Part shown: positions 29,844 to 38,766 of the stretch, one piece after another
Layout of the letters: each line of letters begins with the position of its first letter
How positions within the stretch are numbered: position 1 is the first letter of the stretch
From: an uncultured Bacilli bacterium
GTDB lineage: Bacteria; Bacillota_I; Bacilli_A; RFN20; CAG-826
Assembly (NCBI GenBank): GCA_934725985.1
Contig: CAKVCX010000002.1
Location: 24,306-88,305, forward strand
Direction of reading: 5' to 3'
Length of the DNA stretch: 64,000 bases
The notes under the pieces: model-generated
The model's input: the letters and a program-made list of their open reading frames with translations, nothing else
Database searches by the model: none
Told to the model about the DNA's origin: nothing
Made by a program: the position numbers and the translations under genes

Positions 29844-31240
29844 AAACCTTTTTTCTTGCTTAGAAATAATTCTTTTGCTTTTCTAGAAATTTTCCTTATG
29901 TAAAAAGATTCATAATGGCCTAGTTTTACTTCCCCCATCTTATTGCCTTTTTTTATTTCTTTTCTTTTGCAGGCTATAACTTCGCCAAAATCCAACCTAG
30001 AGGCAAGAAGAGTCAATTCACATCCTAATTGCAATTCCTCTTTGCTTGGATTTACCTTTTCAATTAATAAATGAGCCCCGTGGTTATTCTTTACATGCAT
30101 CCATGTATATTCTTTGTTATTACAATAGATGAATGTTAAAAAATCATTGCTTTTATCGTTATGGCCAAAAGCAAATTTGATATCCCCTTCTTTTATTAAG
30201 TAAGGATATTTTGAGCTCGGTATAGTTTTCCCTTCTTTTGTATCTCCTTTTTCTTCTTTAAAAAATAAAGAAAGCCTTTCGGCATTAAGGGAAGAGCAAA
30301 AAGCTAGTAAAGAGTCTAATTCATTTAATTCTTTAACGGCTTTATCTAGGTTTTCTTTTCCATTTTCAACTGTAGATTTGGCTTTTTTTTGCTGCAAAAA
30401 GAACTTCTGGGCATTTTTTGTTAAGCTCTTCTTTTTGTCCAATTCAATAATTTTGCCATAGTAAGAAAAGCATCCTTCTTCTAGATGGATATTATTTAAA
30501 TTTACAAATATATAATTTCCTATATCCCCATCATTAATATGTTCTTTGGCTTTTGCTATATCAGTCTCTATAACGTTAATTTTTCTTTCTAATCCCCTTT
30601 TTTTATTCTTTAATTCTTTAATTTTCGGTGCATATTTTTTAAGCAATAATTTTTCTTCCTCTTTTTCTTCCTCTTCTAGGCAAAATGAAAAGAAGGAATC
30701 TATATCGAAATCATTTGTTTCGTTTAATTGAATAGTTAAAGAAGGAGGAAAATAAGCTGCCCCATGTGATAAAATTCTAGGTGAATCTAATGTAGAAGGA
30801 TTTAATACCATTATTATTTTTTTCTTATTGTCTAAAATTATTAAGTTTCCTTTATTGGGCAATAGTTCTAATACTAGAAAAAAAGTAACTTTTTGGTATA
30901 TGGCATTTAAACTTTCTATTTCTAATTCTATGATTCTATCGTTATTGATTCTACTTACATTCTTTATTATTCCTTCCGAGATGTTTTTTCTCATATAGAA
31001 GAATAAAGAGGAAGTCGAATCTAAAGAAGGCAATTTCGAATCGCCTATATAAATACACGGGTTTTGTTTATCTAAGGAAATTACTAATCTAGTTTTGTTA
31101 TTAAGAGAATAAGAAAATGTACCGTTTGAAGAAAGACGTAAGTGGTTTATTTTTCTTCCTACTAGTCTTTCTTTTAATTTAGAGGTGAAACTATCAAACT
31201 CATTTAGACGTGGATACATACTAATTAAGTATACCCTCAT
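29840..31240 (-). CDS. rqcH: NFACT-family ribosome quality-control protein (RqcH / FbpA-like), short form
   Basis: An N-terminal NFACT-N-like region is followed by a central Lys/Glu coiled coil. The C-terminal 'WMHVKNNHGAHLLIE' is the NFACT-R/DUF814 motif. 466 aa. Confidence 0.75.
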   Translation of the reverse strand: MRVYLISMYPRLNEFDSFTSKLKERLVGRKINHLRLSSNGTFSYSLNNKTRLVISLDKQNPCIYIGDSKLPSLDSTSSLFFYMRKNISEGIIKNVSRINNDRIIELEIESLNAIYQKVTFFLVLELLPNKGNLIILDNKKKIIMVLNPSTLDSPRILSHGAAYFPPSLTIQLNETNDFDIDSFFSFCLEEEEKEEEKLLLKKYAPKIKELKNKKRGLERKINVIETDIAKAKEHINDGDIGNYIFVNLNNIHLEEGCFSYYGKIIELDKKKSLTKNAQKFFLQQKKAKSTVENGKENLDKAVKELNELDSLLAFCSSLNAERLSLFFKEEKGDTKEGKTIPSSKYPYLIKEGDIKFAFGHNDKSNDFLTFIYCNNKEYTWMHVKNNHGAHLLIEKVNPSKEELQLGCELTLLASRLDFGEVIACKRKEIKKGNKMGEVKLGHYESFYIRKISRKAKELFLSKKKGL

Positions 31241-31292
31241 CGTTTAAGAGTTGAAATAAATAGCTCGTATTGTTAAAATCTTGCCTAATATT

Positions 31293-31859
31293 ATGAAAAA
31301 AGGTTTATTGATTATTCTTTCTGGGCCATCTGGAGTTGGCAAAGGGACTGTCCGCGAATTGCTTATGAAAGATCCTTCTTTAAATCTTTTTTATAGTGTT
31401 TCAATGACAACTAGAAATAAACGCCCCCATGAGGTAGAGGGGAAGGATTATTATTTTGTTAGCAAAGAAGAGTTCCTTTCTAACTTAGAAAGAGGAAATC
31501 TTCTTGAGCATGCCGAATTTGTTGGAAATTTTTATGGTACCCCAAAGGATAAAGTAGAAAAGCAACTTGAGGAAGGAAAGAACGTCCTTCTTGAAATTGA
31601 TGTCCAAGGGACGTTGACTGTCTTAAAAAAGATGAAAGATTGTGTTTCTATTTTCCTTTTGCCTCCTTCTTTATCTTCGCTAGAAGAAAGAATTAGGGGC
31701 AGGTCGACTGAAACCGAAGAAGTCATTGAAAAAAGGCTTGATAAGGCAAGAAAAGAACTTGATATGGCCAAGTTTTATAAGTATCAAGTTTGCAATGATG
31801 TAGTTGAAAATGCCGCGAATAAAATAGCTTCGATTATTAGAAATGAGATGAACAAATAA
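31293..31859 (+). CDS. gmk: Guanylate kinase
   Basis: Carries 'LIILSGPSGVGKGTV', 'SMTTRNKRPHEVEGKDYYFVS' and 'EHAEFVGNFYGTP'. I prefer the ATG at 31293 over the TTG at 31281. Confidence 0.93.
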   Translation: MKKGLLIILSGPSGVGKGTVRELLMKDPSLNLFYSVSMTTRNKRPHEVEGKDYYFVSKEEFLSNLERGNLLEHAEFVGNFYGTPKDKVEKQLEEGKNVLLEIDVQGTLTVLKKMKDCVSIFLLPPSLSSLEERIRGRSTETEEVIEKRLDKARKELDMAKFYKYQVCNDVVENAANKIASIIRNEMNK

Positions 31860-31860
31860 T

Positions 31861-31888
31861 AAACGACCTTCCAAGTCGTTTATTTTTG
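31861..31888 (+). terminator. Rho-independent terminator after gmk
   Basis: Stem AAACGAC / GTCGTTT (31861-31867 / 31875-31881), 7-nt loop, followed by ATTTTTGTT. Confidence 0.65.
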
Positions 31889-31902
31889 TTATAATGGGTT
31901 TC

Positions 31903-34101
31903 ATGCAGTTATTGAGTATCTTTATAGAGCATAGTGTCTATTCTTTGTCGAAGACTTTTGAATATCTAGCTAATGATGATTTAGATATAAAACCCCTTAG
32001 CAGGGTTTTACTGAGTTTTGGCAAACAAGATAAAACCATTGGCTTTGTTATGTCTATTTCTAAGACTAATCTAAGCAAGGAAGAGCTTGATTCTCAGACT
32101 GGTTTTGTTCATTCATATATTATTTCTTTAATCGATAAGGAGCCCCTTTTAAATGAAGAGCTGCTTACCCTTGCCTCTAGTTGTGCTTCCTATTATTTAT
32201 GTCCACTTATCTCAATTTTAAAGGCTATGTTGCCCCCTTCTTTAAAACCATCCTCCTCTTCCTTAAAAGCTCCAAAAATAGCCTATGATAAGTACGTGTA
32301 TATAAAAAGCGATAATGAAGAAGGGCTCACGCCTAAACAGCTTGAATGTTTTAGGCTTGTTAAAAGCAATGAAGAAGTTTTGAAAAAGGAAGCAGGTTCT
32401 TTTTCTATTGTCGAAACATTGATTAAAAAAGAGATTTTCGGTATTAGGTTAAAAGAAAGAAGGCGTTTGAAAGAAATTGAAATTGCCTCTAGTTTGCCAC
32501 CTACTCTAAATTATGAGCAAGAAAAAGCCATGCAAGGTATATTTACCTCAAATAAAGAAGTTAATTTGCTTCAAGGAGTAACAGGAAGTGGGAAAACGGA
32601 AGTATATTTACAGTTATCTTCCTTATATTTAGAAAAAAATAAAGGGGTCATTATGCTAGTTCCTGAGATTTCATTGACCCCTAGGATGGTTAATTATTTT
32701 AAAAGCAGGTTTGGCAAGGGGGTAGCCATTCTTCATAGTGGTTTGACCCCTGGAGAAAAATATGATGAGTATAGGCGAATAAAAAATGGTGATGCAAACA
32801 TTGTTGTCGGGGCTAGAAGTGCTATATTTGCTCCAATTCAAAATTTAGGTCTAATTATATTAGATGAAGAACACGTCTGTTCATATAAGCAAGATAGCAA
32901 GCCTTATTATTCGGCTAAAACGGTTGCTTTTTTTAGAGCCAAACAAACCGGCGCTAAAGTAGTTTTAGGCTCGGCTACTCCAAATTTAGAAACAAAGGCC
33001 AGGGCCGAAAAAGGAATATATGGTTATTTCGAATTGAAAAATAGGTTCAATTCTTTGCCTTTGCCTAGCGTTTCAATAATAGATTTATCTAAGATAGGAG
33101 TATTGCAACCCGGTTATCCGATCTTTTCAAAAGTTCTTATTGAAAAAATAAAAGAAAGGTTAGCTAAAAAAGAGCAAATAATGCTTCTAATTAATAAACG
33201 GGGTTATTCTTCTTATTTAACTTGCGCGGATTGCAACTATGTTTTTACTTGCCCAAATTGCCATTGTAATCTTGTTTATCATAAAAGTGATTCCATGCTT
33301 AAATGTCATCATTGCGGTTATGTTATTAATTATCCAAATTCTTGTCCTATGTGCGGATCAAGCAAGATTAGGCGCGTTGGTTTTGGTACAGAAAGAGTAG
33401 AAAAAGTCCTCTATGAACTATTTCCTAGTATTAAAATCGCTAGGCTTGATACGGATATAACTAAGATTAAGGGCAATTTGAACAAAACGTTGGAAGAGTT
33501 TAAAAGCAAAGAATTCGATTGCCTAGTCGGAACACAGATGATTGCAAAGGGTCATGATTTTCCAGATGTTACTTTAGTCGGGGTGATGCTGGCTGATATA
33601 GGGCTATCTTTGCCTTCTTTCACTTCAAGCGAAGATACTTTTAATTTAATTGCCCAAGTTTGTGGAAGAGCTGGCAGGGGTGATAAAAAAGGAGAAGCCT
33701 TAATCCAAACATTTAATCCTACAAATTACGCGATTAGTTTAGGTGCAAAACAAGATTATTCTTCTTTTTATAGAAAAGAAAAAGAAGCTAGAATGATTGG
33801 TAAATATCCTCCATTTTATCATCTTATTTGCCTTAATTTTTCTTCTAAAAGCGAAGAAAAAGTTGCTACCTCTGCTCTAGAAATAAAAAAAGCCATAGAC
33901 GAAAAGAAATTTGAAAGTGTTTTTACTGTGGGGCCCATTACTCCTTATGTCGAGCAAGTTGGCGAATTCCACAAAAGGGAATTACTTATCAAATTTAAAA
34001 AATCTAGCGAAATAAAACAATATATTTTGGACTTATTGACACTTCTTTCTGGAAAAGGCGGAGTCAATATAGACGCTGACGTTGATCCAATTTTTTATTG
34101 A
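31903..34101 (+). CDS. priA: Primosomal protein N' (replication restart helicase PriA)
   Basis: Carries 'LLQGVTGSGKTEVY', 'LIILDEEH' and the Cys-rich zinc region 'CADCNYVFTCPNCHCNLVYHKSDSMLKCHHCGY...CPMCGS'. An alternative ATG at 31894 overlaps the putative -10. Confidence 0.9.
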   Translation: MQLLSIFIEHSVYSLSKTFEYLANDDLDIKPLSRVLLSFGKQDKTIGFVMSISKTNLSKEELDSQTGFVHSYIISLIDKEPLLNEELLTLASSCASYYLCPLISILKAMLPPSLKPSSSSLKAPKIAYDKYVYIKSDNEEGLTPKQLECFRLVKSNEEVLKKEAGSFSIVETLIKKEIFGIRLKERRRLKEIEIASSLPPTLNYEQEKAMQGIFTSNKEVNLLQGVTGSGKTEVYLQLSSLYLEKNKGVIMLVPEISLTPRMVNYFKSRFGKGVAILHSGLTPGEKYDEYRRIKNGDANIVVGARSAIFAPIQNLGLIILDEEHVCSYKQDSKPYYSAKTVAFFRAKQTGAKVVLGSATPNLETKARAEKGIYGYFELKNRFNSLPLPSVSIIDLSKIGVLQPGYPIFSKVLIEKIKERLAKKEQIMLLINKRGYSSYLTCADCNYVFTCPNCHCNLVYHKSDSMLKCHHCGYVINYPNSCPMCGSSKIRRVGFGTERVEKVLYELFPSIKIARLDTDITKIKGNLNKTLEEFKSKEFDCLVGTQMIAKGHDFPDVTLVGVMLADIGLSLPSFTSSEDTFNLIAQVCGRAGRGDKKGEALIQTFNPTNYAISLGAKQDYSSFYRKEKEARMIGKYPPFYHLICLNFSSKSEEKVATSALEIKKAIDEKKFESVFTVGPITPYVEQVGEFHKRELLIKFKKSSEIKQYILDLLTLLSGKGGVNIDADVDPIFY

Positions 34102-34218
34102 CGTTTTTTGCTTTTATTTTTTAGAAAGTAATTTTTGTTTTTTTACCCATATAAAAAAGAACTACGTATATTTATTTTGCCTAAGTTGGTGTTATACTTA
34201 TCTTCCGTAGGAAGAATT

Positions 34219-34761
34219 ATGATTACAATCTCATTTCTAGGCTTAGACCAATTCGTTGTCGGACGTTATTCTAAAGAGCATACAAAGGCTCTTGCTTCAC
34301 TTTTTGAAACTAGCGAAGATGAAATTAATTTTTATGCCCCAAATTCAATGGTTTTTCATAATGGAGTTGAGCAAACTAGTTGGAATTTAATAGTTATCGT
34401 TAAAGCCCCGACAAAATATAAACCCCTCGAGAAAGTGGTGGCAAAATATCTCCTTGAAACCTTGCCTTTGTTTTCTATTCACATTGAATTGGAGTTTGAA
34501 TATTTTGAAACATCAAGCCGATATGAAAAAATAAACCACGATTATCCTCGTTATATTGACCAAGGACACATAAAAGAAGTTGATGTTACCTTCGATAATG
34601 ACGATGACTGTCTTGATCAAGATTGCTGCCATGACCATGACGAAGCCAATCCAAACGATAGGGCCGATCTAGATTATAATGATCCAAATCAAATATATTT
34701 AGGAAACGCTTTTGAAGATTTTGACAAGAAATTAGAGAAAGCTAAAAAAGAAAACAAGTAA
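34219..34761 (+). CDS. DUF1904-like small protein with acidic Cys/His-rich C-terminal tail
   Basis: The ATG at 34219 is preceded by AGGAAG. The N-terminal ~100 aa ('MITISFLGLDQ...NFYAPNSMVFHNG') resemble DUF1904, from memory. The tail is 'DDDCLDQDCCHDHDEANPND'. Confidence 0.5.
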   Translation: MITISFLGLDQFVVGRYSKEHTKALASLFETSEDEINFYAPNSMVFHNGVEQTSWNLIVIVKAPTKYKPLEKVVAKYLLETLPLFSIHIELEFEYFETSSRYEKINHDYPRYIDQGHIKEVDVTFDNDDDCLDQDCCHDHDEANPNDRADLDYNDPNQIYLGNAFEDFDKKLEKAKKENK

Positions 34762-34775
34762 AGGAGACAAAGAAG

Positions 34776-36101
34776 ATGAAACAACTTGACATTGCTTCGA
34801 TGATACTTAATGACATTTTGGATAACCATACCCCATTTCCAGAAGCTTTAAGGAAAGTGTTCCAAGCCTCAATTGAACTCCGCCCTTTGCGTGCTGATGT
34901 GGCCGGCTTAATTGGCTGCGAATTAAGGCATGATATTTTGTTTGCTAGGCTTTTAAAAGATAAGGAAGGGTTAGATGAAAAAGATAAGCGTATTGTTTCT
35001 TTGGCCCTTGCTAACGATTATTATTTCCGTCATTTTGGAATCGAAGAAGTATCTAACGCCGTTAAAAGCAGGATTGGGGAAGAAAAATATGATATGGTGT
35101 CTTCCTTGTTTGTTGAAAAAGACCCAAAAGCAGATTTGATCCCTGCTGATGTAGAAAGATCTTCGTTAACCTATTTAAGCTTGCGTTACAACGTTCCTGA
35201 ATGGGCTTTAAAGATTTTTCAACATTTTGGTTATTCAAATACTTATAAAACGGCAAAGAAATTTGCTCGTCCATTCGTTACTTCATTAAGACTTGAAGAC
35301 GACGATTTATATGATGCCTATAAGCAAAACCCTGATTTTGAGGAGACTAAAGTACCTTATATTTTTAATTACAAAGGCAAAACCCCACTTAGAAAACTTT
35401 CCGATTATAAAAATGGAAAAATATTTGAAGAAAGAAGTGGCGTGAAATTCTTAGTAGACGCCTATAAAGTTTCCGATCCTTGTGAAGTATTTTTGTATAC
35501 TGGCATGCAAAAAAGTGGTTTCGAAAAAGAATTAATCCAAAGTTATGGCAATTCGATTGGTTTGAATATTGGGACAAAGGATGTTGACTCTAAAGTTGAG
35601 GTTACCAAATTTATAAAAGAAAAAGGGCTGAGCAATGTTAATTTCTTTGATGCAAAAGATCCTCTTAGCATGGAAGCCTCTATTTCCAAACAACAAGACT
35701 TGGTAATTTGCTGCCCCGATTCAACTAATTTCGATTCTGTTGCCACTTCCCCTGATTTCTTTCTCCATTTTGATAAAGACTCTATGGATGCCATATTCTT
35801 AGATGAAGCTACCTCTTTGGAAGGGTGTAGCAAATATGTTGAAGTCGGTGGCAAACTAATTTATGTCATCTTTACTTTGTCAAAAAAAGAAGGCAAGATG
35901 ACTGTTGCTAATTTCTTAAAGAATCATTCTGATTTTGCCTTGCTAAAAGAGGAGCAACGTTTCCCCTTTGATGAATTAGGATGCACTTTCTATTATGCCG
36001 TTATGGAAAAAAGAGAAGAAGAAACTAGCATTCCAACTCCATTATCGAAATTGAATAATCCTGATGTAACAAAGAACTCCTCCATATCGTTTGGTAAATA
36101 A
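34776..36101 (+). CDS. RsmB/Sun-like protein (NusB-like N-domain + degenerate methyltransferase fold)
   Basis: The priA...rlmN-stp-prkC synteny slot is normally held by rsmB. The N-terminal NusB-like helices are retained. The SAM loop and both catalytic Cys motifs are not conserved (see findings). Confidence 0.55.
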   Translation: MKQLDIASMILNDILDNHTPFPEALRKVFQASIELRPLRADVAGLIGCELRHDILFARLLKDKEGLDEKDKRIVSLALANDYYFRHFGIEEVSNAVKSRIGEEKYDMVSSLFVEKDPKADLIPADVERSSLTYLSLRYNVPEWALKIFQHFGYSNTYKTAKKFARPFVTSLRLEDDDLYDAYKQNPDFEETKVPYIFNYKGKTPLRKLSDYKNGKIFEERSGVKFLVDAYKVSDPCEVFLYTGMQKSGFEKELIQSYGNSIGLNIGTKDVDSKVEVTKFIKEKGLSNVNFFDAKDPLSMEASISKQQDLVICCPDSTNFDSVATSPDFFLHFDKDSMDAIFLDEATSLEGCSKYVEVGGKLIYVIFTLSKKEGKMTVANFLKNHSDFALLKEEQRFPFDELGCTFYYAVMEKREEETSIPTPLSKLNNPDVTKNSSISFGK

Positions 36102-36103
36102 TT

Positions 36104-37147
36104 ATGAAAAAAAATCTCCTTGGTTATACATTAGAGAAAATGACCCAGGAGTTCGTTGCTCTAGGAGAAAGCAAATATAGATCTAAACAGGTTTTTTCTT
36201 GGATTTATAAAAAAAGAGTCCTTGATTTCTCTTTAATGAGTGACGTCTCCAAGTCTTTTCGTACTCTTTTAGAAGAACAATATTGCCTAGATTTGCCAAA
36301 AATCCATACTCGTCTTGATTCAAAGGATGGGACGATAAAATTGCTTTTGGAAATGAATGATGGATCCAAGGTTGAAGCTGTCATGATGCCTTATGATTAT
36401 GGATGTCCAATTTGTGTTTCTAGTGAAGTCGGATGCTCGATGGGCTGTGCTTTTTGCGCTTCTGGATTATTAAAGAAAAAAAGAGGCCTAGAAACTTCTG
36501 AAATGGTTGGTGAATTGTTACTAATCAATAAAATATTAGAAGAAAGGGGAGAAAGCGTTACCCATATAAACGTTATGGGGACGGGAGAACCTTTTGATAA
36601 CTTTACCAATGTAATGGATTTTTTAAAAATCGCCAATTCTGCGGAAGGATTGCAAATTGGGGCTAGGCATATTACGGTTTCTACTTGTGGATTGGTAGAT
36701 AAAATAGTCGAATATGGTAAACTCGGCATCCAAACAAATTTAGCTTTATCTTTGCATGCTCCAAACGATGAAATAAGAAACAAGATAATGCCGATTTCTC
36801 GTGCTTATAGCCTAGATAAAGTATTTACTGCATTGCAAGAATACTATGCTTCAAGCGGTAGAAGAGTAACTTTGGAATATATCATGTTAAAAGGAGTTAA
36901 TGATTCTAAGGATAACGCCAAAGAATTAGTCTCATTAATTAGAAAATATGGTGTTTTATGCTATGTCAATTTAATCCCATATAATGAAGTAAAGGAAATG
37001 CCTTTTAAAAGAAGCCCGATGTCTACTTGCAAAGAATTTGCGACTATTTTGATGCAAAATGGAATTAACGCGACCATAAGGAAAGAATTTGGCGGCGACA
37101 TAGATGCTGCATGTGGGCAATTACGTATCAAAGTAGGGGATAAATAA
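36104..37147 (+). CDS. rlmN: 23S rRNA/tRNA (adenine-C2)-methyltransferase, radical SAM
   Basis: Carries 'VGCSMGCAFCASG' (CxxxCxxC), 'MGTGEPFDN', 'ITVSTCG', 'LALSLHAPN' and C-terminal 'DIDAACGQL'. Confidence 0.92.
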   Translation: MKKNLLGYTLEKMTQEFVALGESKYRSKQVFSWIYKKRVLDFSLMSDVSKSFRTLLEEQYCLDLPKIHTRLDSKDGTIKLLLEMNDGSKVEAVMMPYDYGCPICVSSEVGCSMGCAFCASGLLKKKRGLETSEMVGELLLINKILEERGESVTHINVMGTGEPFDNFTNVMDFLKIANSAEGLQIGARHITVSTCGLVDKIVEYGKLGIQTNLALSLHAPNDEIRNKIMPISRAYSLDKVFTALQEYYASSGRRVTLEYIMLKGVNDSKDNAKELVSLIRKYGVLCYVNLIPYNEVKEMPFKRSPMSTCKEFATILMQNGINATIRKEFGGDIDAACGQLRIKVGDK

Positions 37148-37148
37148 T

Positions 37149-37901
37149 ATGAAAAGATTCAAGGGAGTTTATGCTTATAAAACTGACATTGGCAAAGTTA
37201 GAATTGCTAACGAAGACCAAGCCTCTGTTTTATCTAATTCCCTTGGTGAAGTCCTTCTTATTGTTTGCGATGGGATGGGAGGACAAAATAAAGGCGACTG
37301 CGCTTCTAAGCTGGCCATTGATTATGTAAAGGATAGTTTTTTGGAAAAGAAAACTTCTTTTTCTGCTTTTTTAAATAGAAGATGGCTTTCCAAAGCTATA
37401 AAAGGAGCTAATTCCATTATTTATAAAACCGCCAATTCCAATTCTAGATATAAAGATATGGGAACTACTTTGGTAGCCCTTCTTTTAAGTGGGGAGAAAA
37501 TGTATCTTGCCAATGTTGGCGATTCACGTTGCTACTCTTTTTATAATGGAAAACTTAGTCTATTAACCGAAGACCAAACTTACGTCGATTATTTATATAG
37601 GACAGGCAAGATAAGCAAAGAGGCTACCTCTACTAGAGAAGACCGCCATGTTTTAATGAATGCCTTAGGCATTTATCCTTCGGCTTCTTTTGATTTAAAG
37701 GTATCTAGATATTTGGGCGAATCAATTTTGCTTTGTAGCGATGGGCTTTATAATAATCTCCCAGATACCGAAATTAGAGCCATTTTGTCTACTAATGATT
37801 CTGCTTCCGATAAAGTCGACGCTTTCATAATTGAGGCTAACGGAAATGGGGGAAGCGATAATATTGCCATAGCTTATTGGGAGGCGATTCCTAATGATTA
37901 A
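37149..37901 (+). CDS. PP2C-family Ser/Thr protein phosphatase (Stp/PrpC)
   Basis: Carries 'NEDQ', 'VCDGMGG', 'GTTLVA', 'ANVGDSRCY', 'LCSDGL' and 'GGSDNIA', the PPM motifs. Confidence 0.9.
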   Translation: MKRFKGVYAYKTDIGKVRIANEDQASVLSNSLGEVLLIVCDGMGGQNKGDCASKLAIDYVKDSFLEKKTSFSAFLNRRWLSKAIKGANSIIYKTANSNSRYKDMGTTLVALLLSGEKMYLANVGDSRCYSFYNGKLSLLTEDQTYVDYLYRTGKISKEATSTREDRHVLMNALGIYPSASFDLKVSRYLGESILLCSDGLYNNLPDTEIRAILSTNDSASDKVDAFIIEANGNGGSDNIAIAYWEAIPND

Positions 37902-38766
37902 AATCGGTGATAAAATCGATGATCGTTATAGGATAGTTAGTCGCATTGCTACTGGAGGCATGGCTGATGTCTATGAGGCCAATGATTTGGTTTCTAGGCG
38001 CATTGTATCCATCAAAGTAATGAAAGAGGAACTTTTAAAAGATCCGATTAATTTAGCTAGGTTTAATAATGAAACAGCTTCGGCCGCTTCGCTTAACCAT
38101 CCTAATATAGTCAAGGTTTACGGACGTGGATTTATAGATGGACGTCCTTATATGGCCAATGAGTATGTAAAAGGGCAGACTCTCCGCGATAAATTAAATT
38201 TTTCTTTGGCTTTGTCCATTAGCGATGCTTGCGAAGTCATGCTTCAGTTAACTTCTGGAATTGATTATATCCATAGACATGGGCTGATTCATCGTGATAT
38301 AAAGCCTGACAACCTTTTTTATATGAGCGATGGGACCATCAAAATAAGCGACTTTGGCATTTCTACTCCTATAGGAAGTTATTGCAAAGGGGACACGATC
38401 CAAGGGACTATATATTATTGTGCCCCTGAAGTTTTAACGGGGGCTCCGGCTAGCATAGCTAATGATATTTACTCCATGGGTGTCGTCTTTTTTGAAACTT
38501 TGACGGGCCAATTGCCTTTTGATGGGGCAAGTTTAGAAGAAGTTGCTTTGAAGCAATTAAAGAAAAGATTTCCCGAGCCTTCTAAAATTTTACCCTCCAT
38601 TCCAAAAAGCATAGACAAAATCATCATTACGGCTTGTAGGAAACGACCGGAAGAAAGATATCCTACTAGCGAAGCTATGCACCAAGCTATTGTCGATGCA
38701 GTTTCTGATAAGTCGAATTTTACGGAAAGAAAGGGTATCCTCTCAAGGATATTTGGATTCAAATGA
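37894..38766 (+). CDS. Ser/Thr protein kinase, kinase domain only (PrkC-like without TM/PASTA)
   Basis: Carries 'GGMADVY', 'VSIKV', 'HRDIKPDN', 'SDFGIS' and 'YCAPE'. 290 aa, ending right after the Hanks domain. Overlaps the phosphatase gene by 8 nt. Confidence 0.9.
   Translation: MIKIGDKIDDRYRIVSRIATGGMADVYEANDLVSRRIVSIKVMKEELLKDPINLARFNNETASAASLNHPNIVKVYGRGFIDGRPYMANEYVKGQTLRDKLNFSLALSISDACEVMLQLTSGIDYIHRHGLIHRDIKPDNLFYMSDGTIKISDFGISTPIGSYCKGDTIQGTIYYCAPEVLTGAPASIANDIYSMGVVFFETLTGQLPFDGASLEEVALKQLKKRFPEPSKILPSIPKSIDKIIITACRKRPEERYPTSEAMHQAIVDAVSDKSNFTERKGILSRIFGFK

Noticed and set aside
34135-34218. Upstream TTG-initiated extension of the DUF1904-like ORF, and similar extensions at 3478, 11969, 31281, 54404, 58314 and 56398
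   Set aside because: In each case an internal ATG has a better RBS or matches the conserved family N-terminus. The extensions are hydrophobic or low-complexity read-through of intergenic DNA.
36397-36783. 128-aa antisense ORF inside rlmN, plus other antisense ORFs in the track (97-378, 14351-14671, 18736-19062, 20087-20335, 23348-23596, 35543-35854, 38469-38762, 60939-61265, 61310-61558 and others)
   Set aside because: All are embedded opposite strongly supported conserved genes, lack RBSs and have low-complexity composition. They are typical shadow ORFs.
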